A stretch of DNA of 64,000 nt, taken from the NCBI GenBank assembly GCA_009103225.1, contig RHPI01002262.1:536317-600316 (forward strand). Direction: 5' to 3'. Shown here piece by piece: positions 51,678-64,000 of this stretch (position 1 is the first letter of the stretch; every line of letters begins with the position of its first letter). The position numbers and the translations under genes are program-made. Source of the stretch: Chlorokybus atmophyticus (lineage: Eukaryota; Plantae; Mesostigma and Chlorokybus algae). The notes beneath the pieces are model-generated. The model searched no databases. It was given only the letters and a program-made list of their open reading frames with translations, and was not told the DNA's origin.

Positions 51678-53409
51678 TCACAACTTGGCGGACGGAAAGG
51701 TGGCCAGGGTCACGCGAGCCGCGCACACTAGTTTTGTGGTGTTCTCCACTTCGATGCGAACGTCCCACACCTACCAAATCAGATGCAACAACATCAACAA
51801 GTAACAAGAAGATACATCAAATATAACGCTCACAAACTGACAAGTCACAAACCCCACTGTGTGCACACTTGTCTTGCACCAGCATGTGTGTCGTAAACAC
51901 ATGCACATACACTGATGAGAGAATTGATGAAATGATTAACAACCAAGCAACCCAGCGACTGACTAATGCCTGCAGAGATGCTTATATACTGCTCGTGCAA
52001 ACCCACACGGAAACTCAGCTATGCTTGGGCAAGTACATTCATGCAGATATTGCAACTGCCTGCCTGCCTGCCTGCCTTGCGTGTGCACTCGTTTATGTGT
52101 GAGCAGGATATACCCGCACACGCCCCCCNNNNNNNNNNNNNNNNNNNNNNNNNNNNNNNNNNNNNNNNNNNNNNNNNNNNNNNNNNNNNNNNNNNNNNNN
52201 NNNNNNNNNNNNNNNNNNNNNNNNNNNNNNNNNNNNNNNNNNNNNNNNNNNNNNNNNNNNNNNNNNNNNNNNNNNNNNNNNNNNNNNNNNNNNNNNNNNN
52301 NNNNNNNNNNNNNNNNNNNNNNNNNNNNNNNNNNNNNNNNNNNNNNNNNNNNNNNNNNNNNNNNNNNNNNNNNNNNNNNNNNNNNNNNNNNNNNNNNNNN
52401 NNNNNNNNNNNCCCACCACCACCACACCACACATACACACGCACACACACAAAGGCAGCCATAGCATTCCCCTCTCATCCATCAAGCAAACACATTCCCA
52501 CTCTCCCCCCACCTGCGTATTCCGTCCCCGATGCAGCGGTCGCGTGGTGGCCACGATCACGTCCCCCGGCCGCACCGACGCGATGTGGTTGCCGCTCACC
52601 TCGAGACCGACGGGGGGGCGCTGGCCGGACGCGTTGTTGATGCCGCCCGCGATGCTGGCGACCTGGGGAAGGAGCGGAGAGTCAGTGGTGGAGTTGGTGG
52701 GGAGAGAAACACACGCACACAAATGCACGCGTGCAGGCCTGCATGGTATGCAAGTGTGCTGAGTGTGCATGCGCGCGAGCATGACTGCACATGTGGATGC
52801 GTAGTGGTGTGCATCTGTGTGATGCATGTGTACGCCACACATACGCACGCACGCATGCACGCACGCGTGTGTATCCGGCGTACACATGCATGCGTGCATC
52901 TGACAAACTGGCGTACTTTGGCACGACACGCAGCTGCTGATATTGTCAAAACAGATGGGGGTCACAGTCGACAGACCCTTTGTGCTGTTACAGTCCACTG
53001 CTCAAAGGCAAGAAGACACCAATGTCAAGGGTTTGAAGAGCATTCACTGTGTATGGGGTGGCCTTACATGCTCAGCCAACAGCAGCGAAATCCCACCATG
53101 AAGAATACCAACGACCTGCGCAATCCTCAACGAGTTGAGTGTGAGCACAGATTGTCAATACGAATTACACGTACGTGTATATAATGTATGCTCACAAGTG
53201 TTTACATACACATGCATGTACATGTGCATGTGGCTCTGCACCTGAGTGTGCTCCTTCGTGACCGTCATCCGGCACGCGACGCAGTCCGGCATCAGGCTGG
53301 TGAACTCCAGTCCTAGGTACCGCTCCACGGGGGGCCTGTGCTCCTCGAGCCAACGCACAACATCGTCACTCAGACCAGCAGCCGCAGCAGCCGCCGCATA
53401 GCTGCTCAT
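51678..53409 (-). CDS. DHNAT: PaaI/hotdog thioesterase, 1,4-dihydroxy-2-naphthoyl-CoA thioesterase-like, peroxisomal; 4 exons
   Basis: The spliced product reads YLGLEF...RMTVTKEHTQ|VVGILHGGISLLLAEH|VASIAG...VGLEVSGNHIASVRPGDVIVATTRPLHRGRNTQ|VWDVRIE. It ends in AKL*, a PTS1 signal as in plant DHNATs. Confidence 0.85.
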
Positions 53410-54644
53410 AACTGCCACCACCACCACCGCCACCACTGCCACCGCCACCGCCACCGCCACCGCCACCGCCACCGCCGCCTGCTTGGAAGCAACACTGAAT
53501 GGTACTTTGCTATTTTCACATGTACACGTTGTGAATAGAAGAGTGAACTGAACAGTGAACTAAAGGCTTCCCAGTCACGGTATCAAAGCTGGAAGACGTT
53601 TTGGCAAACATCGTTGCTTCCTTGTGCACAAAACGGAAGCGTCAAAGCATTTCGGTCATGTCCGGTTGGACATTCACAGACCGGTTCTGGGCCGCCTTTC
53701 CATGCGTTCGGTCGGACATCGAAACGACATTTCTTTTGCGCAAAAGAGCCGTTTCACGTTACGCGGTACTCGCGTGACGTGCCGAAGTCACGGTATGAGC
53801 CGGTTCGGACACAGGGTGTAATCGGCGACGTCGCCCAAGCACCTGCCAGGAGACGGCGGTGTGGGCGGCGGCGGGGGCGGGGCCAGCAGTGTCCATGTCT
53901 TTCTTTGTGACCATGTATTGAGGGTGTCTATACCGCTGGCTCGAAGCTGACTTTTGCCTGTGTCTGTGCCTGAGGCACGTGTTCTTGGAGCATGTCGACG
54001 ACGACGACGGCGCAGTAGACAAGCAGCAGGTGCATTAGGGTTTCTGTCACTCAGTGTCTATTGGATGGCTTCCATGTGATTGCTGTCGTCAGTCTTATCT
54101 GAATACGTCCTAATAGTGGAGTTCTAAGAAAGGTTGAAAGGTTGAAAGCTCGGTTCAGAACTTGAAAGCTGCTGTTAAGATAATGCATGCATGCTCTGCT
54201 TTCTTGCGCTGGAGAGAGCTGCATGCTCATGCACAGACATATTCTTTAGTAGCTGCGATGAACGAGCAAGCAGCGCGCATACGCAGTTTGCACGCTGCAT
54301 GCTCATGCCAGAGGACACTTCGTGATGGGTAGTTTCTTCTATTCGGTGATATATAAATCATGTTCAAGCTCACGTTAATGTCCATGTTGATGTCTGTGCT
54401 AATATATGTGTCGCTTTCTCGTCGTGTGTCGTCAAAAGCATTGCAACCTTGCGGCAACGCTGGCACAACGTTGCCGCAAGCACCGCCATCAAGTTGGTTA
54501 CCAGTCCTTTCACTCACCTTTGCATGCATTGCCACCGGACTAGCCTAACCCACCATCCCATCTCACCAATCTTCCCAACCCACCCTTCATACCCCACTCA
54601 CTCACAAACTCTCCCTCTCTCTCTCTCAGCCCTTCACTGCAACA

Positions 54645-57600
54645 ATGAAGTGGTGCGGGCTTTGCCGCAGCCGTTCAAAAAACAGCTCAGGCCAATCCAA
54701 TGTTGGTGCCGCGAAGCCTAGACGCGACTCTCATCTGGAGGATATCACTGAGAAGGCAGGAAACCTGCATGCGTACGCCATTGGAGAAGCAAAGTAAGTG
54801 AGAGCATGATATGGGTTGGTAACAGTTGGTATGAGTTTGAGCAGTGAAGGATACAACAAATCTGACAACACAAGTTCACATTGTTGTGTTTGGCGTGTGT
54901 GTCATGTGTGGTGTTGTAAGTATGAGCATTGTGGTGATCAGTAGCTTACATGACAAGTCCACGTGTTATGTGTGTCATGTAGGGCAGGTCCAGTGAGTTG
55001 GTACTAGCTGGACAGTGACTACACCGACACAACACGTTCACTGAGTTGTTGTGTGGTCTGTGGCGTGTAGGGCGTCCAAGAATGGAGCGGTGCATTTTCC
55101 GACCGTTGCTGAAGGGTCGCAAGAGTATGACAGGACGCCGCGTGCGAGTATCGACACCCGAGTGCAGATTGTACAGGGCTCATCTCAGCCGATGCAGTCA
55201 ACAGCAACACTGCAAAGCAGCACCCAACCACAACCACAAGCACAACCACAACCACAAATACCACAACAACAGATGGCATCAGTCACAGTGAGCAATGAAC
55301 AACATCCGTCGCAACAACAAACACAAGGGATGTTGCTCAATGGTACCCGACAACAAGTGGAAAGCATTGAAGCCCAACAGTCGGCAGCGGTTACAATACC
55401 AAACCCGGCGCCACTGAATGAGCCATCCGCCACGGTGGCTGCCATCACAGCTCCGATTGAAATGCCGGATGCTGCCACTGTTGAGGTATTTGTTGGTGCA
55501 TGTGCTCACACGCATGCACACGTGCACGCGCACACATAAAACAAGCATGCACATGCAAGCACACGCATGGCCACGCACGCATTGTCTTGATCAAACGACA
55601 AATATGTTTGCACATGCATGCACACATGACAACAGTGCGTTGTGGAACATTAGTTCATGCGTCTCAGGGGAGTGTGAGTGAGCAAGCCAAAGTGGTTGTC
55701 GCCGAGCGCAGAAGTGGAAATGAAGGTCCTGTGCCAACGTTGGGACACATCACTGCGTCGTTCAAGGCTTCCCGCGCGGAGGATGGCTTCAACGTCGAGA
55801 TTGAGCACATTGAGGCCAACATTCCAGGTTGGTACACTACCTCGTCTTGCCTCCACCACATTTGCGCGTTACAGTAGTGCCCAGGCGTCTGTGCATGCCA
55901 GCACTTTGCACGAGCATGTGTGCACACACCATGTACGTGTGCATGTGTGCGCGTGCGCAAAAACGTGCACGCGAGTGTGTCTGTGTGTGCGTGAGCACAC
56001 GCTGATGTGCACAAGGCAGCGCGCCTGCGCATAAGCAGGCGCATATTACATACCAATGCTAGTTAACATCATGCTCTTGCTACTCGCTGCTTATCGCCAT
56101 GCATGGCTACATAACGACCCGACACATATGCCCACACGCCCACACACACACGTAAACACGTCCACATACCCACACACACGTCAGGCGTGGACACCCCCAA
56201 GCCTCTCGACGCCCTGGAGTCTCTCTCCGACCTCCCCGACGACGCCGACTCCGATGAGGCTCGCCAACTCTTCCTCTCCGAGACGGCTCCCGAGCTCAAG
56301 TGTCCCCGCATGAACGTGGTGATCATGATCGTTGGCACGCGCGGGGACGTGCAGCCATTCGTGGCGTTGGGATTGAAGCTGAGAGAGATGTACGGGCATC
56401 GAGTGAGGTTGGCGAGTCATGCGATGTATAGGGAGTTTGTGGAAGGGAATGGACTGGAGTTCTATCCGCTTGGAGGGGACCCGCAGGTCCTATCGGAATG
56501 TGAGTGCGTTCGACAGTGAGTCGTGTTTAGAGGTTGGTGGGTTGCAGTGTTGGATGTTGAGTGGGGTGGGGGAACGTATATAGTGCATACGCACATGCAT
56601 ATGCACGCATACACGCACGCTCAAACATATGTATATATGCATCTCTGTGTATGCATGCGCATGTGTACGCACAGAGGGATGCACACGCGCACATGAAAGC
56701 ATGCGCATGCACGCACGCGCACGCACGCACGCACGCACGCACATGGTACAGTACGACTGGGCATTGTTAATAAACTGCATGCACAAGTCCATCAGCACCC
56801 ACCCTTCACATCCGCATCACGTCGCGCACGCGTATGTCCCGCTCGCAGACATGGTGAAGAACGGCGGATTCATGCCTTCCTCCCGCGACGACCTCTCCCG
56901 CAACCGCCGCATGATCCGCGAGATCGTCTACTCAACCTGGGACGCCTGCGTGAAACCCGACCCCTCTTCCATCAATAGTATCCCCTTCCTTGCTGATGCC
57001 ATCATCAGTAATCCCCCGACCTACGGCCACATCCACTGCGCGGAGAGGCTCTGCGTACCGCTGCACATGTACTTCACCATGCCGTGGAGCCCGACCAAGA
57101 GGTACCCGCACCCGCTGGCCAGGATGGGGTATAGCAGGGTGAACGACTATAGGAACAGGATATCGTACAGCGCCATTGATAGGTGAGGAGAGGGAGGTGT
57201 ATGTGGGTGTGTGGGTATGTGTGGGGGTGGGGGTGCAGGTGCGTCTGTGTGTGTATGTGTGTGCTGGATGCGTGCGCATGTGTGTGCTTCTGTGCACGAG
57301 TGCGTGTATGTGCACAAATGCGTGTGTTTGAGTGCGCGTGCGTATGCGTATGTTGTTGTTGTTGTGAGCTGGTTGAATGGTTGACTCGTGTGGTTGCAGG
57401 ATGGAAGGGTTAGACGCGAGTTGTTCTTGGCTGTTGGGCTTACACGTCTCTTTCTATGTGCGCAGTGTTGTGTGGGCTGGCGTGATGGACATCGTGAACG
57501 ACTTCCGCGTGGACATTTTGAAGCTGGAGCCCATCCGCGTTGGCGCGGGCGGTTCGAGCTTTCTCCACAACAGCCGCGTGCCGTTCTGCTACACGTGGAG

Positions 57601-60600
57601 CCCATCACTGGCCCCAAAACCCATGTAAGCACAACGTGTTGGACAGAATGTTGAGTTTTGTTGGAAGACTTGTCTCTAATGTGTGTTGTTTGTGCAGGGA
57701 TTGGGGCCCTCACATCGATGTTGTGGGCTTCTTCTTCCTGGACAGCCTTGCCAAGAACTATCAGCCGCCTGCGGACTTGGCAGCGTTTCTCAAAGCTGGG
57801 CCGCCTCCTATCTACATAGGCTTCGGAAGCCTTGTGAGTGTGTGTGTGGGTGTGTGCTGCAATCCACATGCTACTTATATAAGCAACTTTACTCAACACT
57901 TGAACACAACGCTGCGTGAGCAGCAATATTGGGTGGTCATGCTGAGCAGCTTTCTTATATACCCAACATCGTCCCTGCTTCAACACACACACATCCACTG
58001 CAATGTGTTGGAAAAACGATTGGCACATCATGTACACAACAACAGCCTTGTACTGCACATACAACGTGTACCCCGAACACAACACAAACCCACCCTACTT
58101 GCAGGTTGTGAAGGATCCCGTTGGTCTCACGAAGAAGATCTACTCGGCCATCGCTCGCACCGGCGTCCGCGCGCTGGTGTCAAAGGGGTGGGGCGGGCTG
58201 GGGGGAGAAGCGCCGCCGGACAACGTGTTCATGCTGGGGAACGTGCCGCACGACTGGCTGTTCCCGCAGTGCTCGGCTGTGGTAAGAGTTGTGTGTATGT
58301 GTGGGTGTTGTTCGTGTGTGTATGTGTGTGCGTGGGTTTGCTATTGTGCCAAGATTGGTGCTTTGCTGTCTTTCAGCGTTGTTGATGAGTGACCGATGTA
58401 CTTGTTATGCACGGGTATCAGTGTCATATTGACACTTTGACGAGGAAGCATGCCACTACACTGCACGCGCACACATCCATGGGTGTGTATGTTGTGGTTG
58501 GTGGTGTTGACTGTACTGATGCCAGATACACCATGGAGGAGCCGGCACGACCGCAGCCGGCGCCAGAGCGGGCCGGCCCAGCACGATCGTGTGGTTCTTT
58601 GGCGACCAGCCTTTCTGGTGCGCTCATGCACATGCGTGCATACGTGCGCGTGCGTGTGCGCATGTATGTATGCGTGAATCTGTGCATGCAATATTCTATA
58701 TGTGTGCGCGCGCGTGTGTACATGTGCGTACGTGCGTGTGTGCGTAGATGTCAATCATTCTCCGGTTCATGTGGGGCTCTGACTGGTTATGTGTGTGTTG
58801 TGTTGTCACAGGGGCCAAATGATTCACGACCAGGGTGCCGGCCCGCCTCCCATCCACATCGACGCCCTGGACGAGGACAACCTCGTCAATGCGATCTTGT
58901 ACATGCAACGGCCGGAAGTCGCGGAGGCCGCGCGTTCGCTGCAGGCTCGGATGGCACAGTAAGAAGGCTGATTTAGTATTGATGTCACTGCAACACATGT
59001 GTATGTGTGCGCATGTGCGTGTGCGCGTGAGCGCACATACACATGTGTCTGCATGTTTGTATGTGTGCGTGTATGCGTAATGGCCTTCAACTGAATGTGT
59101 CACAGAGAAGATGGGTTGAAAGCCGGTGCAGAAGCGTTCAGGAACCACTTGCCCCTGAAGACGATGATCTGCGATCTGTGCTCAGAAAGGTGCTCGTAAA
59201 TGAATGCTTGACAAGGGTGCCATTATGTATATACAGCATCGTTCAGCTTGGTTAAGGATGTTGTCAGCGAGTCTGCAGTGCGTGCATGCGTATGAACAAA
59301 ATGATGTAGTCTAGCTGAGTCCATGCTAGTATGCATGTCTGCAACATCTCGTGCGTGCGTGCGGGTGCGCACGCGCACGCACACGCACACGTACACACTC
59401 TCAATATGTGCGTGTGCCTGTATGCGTAGTGTGCACACACGCTACACACACCTTCCGTCGCCTATACTCGCGTATGACGTATATCTCACCTCTCCCCCCA
59501 GGCTTGCCCGCGTGTGGGTCCACGAGGAGGACCTCAAGCTCTGTTTCACGTGCGACCACATTGTGAACGAGACGGATTTCCGCAATACCCACCCGGTCTA
59601 CACCCGCAGCCACTTCCGCTACATCGCGTGGTCGGTCAACGCGGTCAACGACCCCACCGCCAACAGCGCCGCCACCGCCGTGTCACAGGCGCTCACGAGC
59701 GCGGGAGGGGGACTCTTACACGAGACAGGTGAGAGAGGGAAAGGAGTGAACACGTGTGTATGTGGGTATGCAACATGCACACCCCGCAAGTGTAAGCACA
59801 TTCGCGGTGGTGTCCATACCCACATGTTGCGTTTATACTCGCACGCATGAAACACGCACCCCACCCACAAGTGCAAACGCATCCGACGTGTGCTATCACT
59901 TGTGCGCCACTTGTTGTTGGTTGCCTCCTGGCATTGGTGAGGCTCAATCATCAGCACGATTTTGGTACACAAGTGGCACACGTAGGGTGTGTTTGCACTC
60001 GCGCGTGTGCTTACAGTAGTGCTTCCACTGCAAGTTGCTCACAATCAATGAGTCGTGCGCTTTGCCCTAGATACATAACAACGGAAACAAGTACATACTC
60101 AGCAAAACCCCCAAGCGTGGCTCTGCTTCGCTTCCACACCCACACAGCGTATCTTGTCCACAACAACTCCCTACCACCACTCACACACTCTCAACAAACA
60201 CACTCTCCCTCTGCAGCCGCCGGCGTCACCGGCGTCGTGACCGAGCCCCTCCGCGGCTATGAGAAGTCGGGCGTCTCCGGCCTCGCGATCGGGGCCGGCA
60301 GGGGCATCGCGGGACTCGTGCACAGACCGTTGCGGGGAGGGGTGGTGCTGCTGGATCGGGTGGGGGCGGGGATCGCGGGGCTGGCGGGGAAGAACTCGGG
60401 GGGATCGGGAGGTGAGTGGGGGAGGGGTGGGTGGGAAGTGTGGGTGTGTCTGTCGGGATATGTGTGCACGCCCCGCGAACACACGCACTCACACACATGT
60501 CTGTGCGTGTGTGCGCTAGCAGGAGCTCGTTGCTGTGCGCATGTGCATGCCTGTGTGCGCGTGCGTGTATGCATGTGCGTGTATGGGCGCACTTGCATGC

Positions 60601-62767
60601 GTGCGCGTGCGAGTTTGCTTGTGCCAGCGTTTGTGTGTGTCCGAGTCGCAGTATTGTTTTTGTTTGAGTACCCACTTGGTGAAGTGAGGTGTTTGTGGAT
60701 TTTGCACAGATCTAAGCAGCATTCCCGAGTCGGCTCGGTCGACTAGTGCGAGCTCAACGCTCAGCACACTCAACGAGACCGGCACAATCCGCCACGTCGG
60801 CGACGGTGCGTTGACCGTATTGCACACATACGCATGCATGTTGGGTGTTGGTGGGTGTGAGTGCTTGTGGATCTTGGTGTATGTTGGTGTCATCTCTCTC
60901 TTGCATTTGCAGGTCTGGTGCAAGGTTCGCAGGCTTTAGGCGGCGAGTTTGTCGGTGGCTTAAAGGGCATATACAAAGCGCCCAAGCAGGGATATGAGCA
61001 GTACGGCGCGACGGGGGCAATCATGGGCACAGGTGATGATCGACACAACCTGATAATAACTTGTTGGGTTGCTGGAGGTCATTGCTGTTGTTTGTTGTCA
61101 AAGTACTGAGTATGCATAACATAGCTGCATGAAACACTGAGAGACCCTCGCCCATGTGTGCGTGCACGCACGTGCACAAGCATCAAACATGCACACGTGT
61201 GCGTGCGTGCATGCGCGCGCACATATATACACAAACATGCAGGCGCGTGCATGCTTGCATGCGTGCGTGCGTGCACACGCACACGCACACGCACACGCAC
61301 ACACACTTGAACACTATAGGCAAGGGCCTCGCGGGAGTGGTGCTGCGGCCGCTGGGAGGCCTCGCGTCCTTCCTGGCAAAGGTGGGCGAGGGCGTGCTGA
61401 ACACCCCCGGCCATGTGTTGGAGCAAATACACCACTACCAGGATGAGGTCAGTCCCAGCTTGAACTGTCGGCTGCCTGACATGAACAGATATCAAGTGTT
61501 GCACTCGACTCCCAAAGCGTGTATTTTCTGCTGTTGCGCGTGAATAGTGTTACACACTTGGGCACCAGTGTCTCAGTTCGTACAACATAATCACATCGGT
61601 GTATTACACACTGATACAACAGAGTACATGAGAGTACATGAGAAACGTTTGCAATACTCCACATCAGGGTTGTACCACACCGTTGCAGTGTGTTGCATCA
61701 GCGTGTACACTGGTGTAGTGCGCATTAACATCACAAACTCTTACAACACACAAATTGATACACCCGCATGTTCTCTTTCTTGTTTGCCTTTTCTCTCATC
61801 CTCGTGATTTACTTCCACTGCAGGTGCTTCAGACGGACATGGCCAACGCGGCGCGGATAGCGGAGCTGACGGCCTCGACATCGGAGGACAAGTCCTCTTC
61901 TATCAACTCAGTCAGTGTCGATTTCAACAAAGCGCTCGGGCCTGAGGCAGCGCTGGCCAAGCGCGCCGAGGATCCCACTGTGAGAGATGTGGCCATCAAC
62001 CACTTCAACAGGCTCAGGGCGGAGAGGGAGGCAGCTGCTGAGGTGAGGATGAGGGGGTTGGGTTGCATCTGTGTATATGTGTGTGTGTATGTGTGTGTGC
62101 GCGTGCCCGTGCATGGTGTTCAGAGTGAGCGCAAGTATGCACGCAAGCCCACCCACTCGTTGCGCACGCACATACGGGCACGCACGTTTTTATTAAGCTG
62201 CTTGGTCATTGTGGCGACTGCTAGACGGAATAGTTACATAGCTTCTGTGTTGCAATAAGCAGCAGCATCGGGCTGGGGTCAGCATGTGTTGAGTTCTGCG
62301 GTTTCTGGTTTTCAATTTCAAGAGGCCAGTAAAAGAAGAGAAAACATATTGCTTTCACAAACTGACAAGTGAGACAAGTGTGAGTGTTGGTAGCTTCCAA
62401 CCCGCTCTTTTTCACTGGCTGTGTCTTTCTCTCGTTTAGATTAGACAGAGACACTTGGTCTTCGTGTCTTTCATAAGACACGAGGAACCAGTGTGTTTGT
62501 CTAATCTGTCGCACGCTCTCTCCCTCCCAGGCTCTGAGGCAGCACCGGGCCGACACCCGCATGAGCATCGCCAAGTTCACGAGCTACATCCCAAAGGGAC
62601 CCGCCATTAGCCTCTTCAACAGCAGCGGCAGCAACGGGTCACGTGTATCACAATCGATCAACAATGGCAACAATGGTAAAATTGGCGCGATGGAGAGCGT
62701 GGCTTCGCTTGCGGACTCGCATCAGAGCTTGTCCGGCACGCGGCTTGACCAGATGGCAACTACTTGA
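54645..62767 (+). CDS. Sterol 3-beta-glucosyltransferase (UGT80/UGT51-like) with long C-terminal extension, multi-exon
   Basis: Motifs include [65 protein letters not shown]|[43 protein letters not shown] and [10 protein letters not shown]. The start exon is inferred. Confidence 0.9.
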
Positions 62768-64000
62768 TGTTAATGTTGATGAATGTAGGTGAATAGCTGT
62801 GTCTATATAGCGATAGCAGCAGGTAGGTTGTTGTTGGTGTATGCAATTTGCTTGGTGCAAGGCAGTGTTGCATACATGTACATAGGTTGTAGTGTAGCTT
62901 GTGACGGTGTTGAAGACAATAGTGGGGTTTGCCCGTCGCTTGCTGCAATGTCAATAATCTATTACTACCAATGTTGTGTGTACATGTCATTGTCGCAACA
63001 TGAATGCAACATTGATCAACAACAATGACAGCAGTTTGGTTAAACTCCTGTCATGCCAGTCGGATGTAAGATTGGTTGTGAATGGGTGCTCTTTTGGTGT
63101 AGATCGCACGCACTGCCGCGGGGCATGCTTGGCCTTGGTGATGATGATGTTGATGGTAGTCCTCTACATCCATCAACGCTTGCCACCGTGCTGCATCAGA
63201 AATGCAAAGTCATTGGCATGACTACAAGCACGCAATGTGTAGGCAACGTCCAATGCTAATATAAGGAGGCAATGGAAGTGTTGGCAACTGCAGAGACAAC
63301 GACTGCCTCGTAGTGTCCTACTGCATGGCACGCACCTTTTGATGACTTCTTTTCATTGCTTGATGCATCGGTATGCAAGCCGGGTCTGGAAGTCTTCTGC
63401 ACAAGCAGTAAACACAGATAGCTCATGAGCCTGAGGCAGCGGCTGTTGGCAAGGCTAGTGTCGCATATAAGAGTATTGCGTGTACCGTATTGACGCTTGG
63501 CAATAGCACCGGCACTTTGCCAACAACCTGCCAGCAAGAGATGGATGTGATGGAACTCCAAAAGACAGGGGAGACGGCCAAAAGGTCTCATGTATTTGGG
63601 TTGATGAGTTACTACAAATGCTGTTGTGGCAGAGTTGAAGTTACTACGTATGATGTCATGGCGAGCGTGCACACGTACACCCCACACGTGTGCGCACGAG
63701 CGTGTGGGGAGTGTGCGTGCGTGGAGTCAGGTTGTAGCCAACATTGGGCCAACACTAAGCTATGGTTGTGAGTGTTACCTTCATTGGCTCCGACATGGAG
63801 CGTGCTAGCCTGCAATGCAACCCACGGCGTTGTTAAGGGGATGGCGAGACGAGAAGAGAGCGTTGTTTACAGTTGAACGGCACTTCAAGTGTCAGGTGCT
63901 ATCAAGTGCCTCACCTTTGTTGCGAAACTGCCAACACTGGTTCCGTCTGAGGCCTTTCATCCAACCAACGCAGGTCAATCTATTGCACACCAAAGAACCG

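Overview
This is intron-rich eukaryotic nuclear DNA, probably from a green-lineage alga and plausibly a streptophyte. That assignment is inferred from plant-type CMO, DHNAT and ENY2 genes and from TTTAGGG telo-box motifs. The host genes are an Erf4/GOLGA7-like membrane protein, choline monooxygenase, a Kelch/coiled-coil protein, ferroportin, a disrupted MFSD5/MOT2 transporter, CWC21, ENY2/SUS1, a peroxisomal hotdog thioesterase and a large sterol glucosyltransferase. A roughly 15-kb block (about 35.3-50.4 kb) differs from these neighbours and looks like a decaying, cargo-laden Plavaka DNA transposon. It holds a Plavaka transposase, a phage-type C5 DNA methyltransferase fused to a Tudor domain, an OTU-like protease, a RING protein and two unknown genes. 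It also carries a 53-bp palindromic tandem array near its left edge and a shared GTACCAT/ATGGTAC palindrome motif in three upstream intergenic regions. A 532-bp TRIM retroelement with a split tRNA-type Pol III promoter is nested inside the block. Exon boundaries were read by eye and all family assignments come from motif recognition, not database searches.
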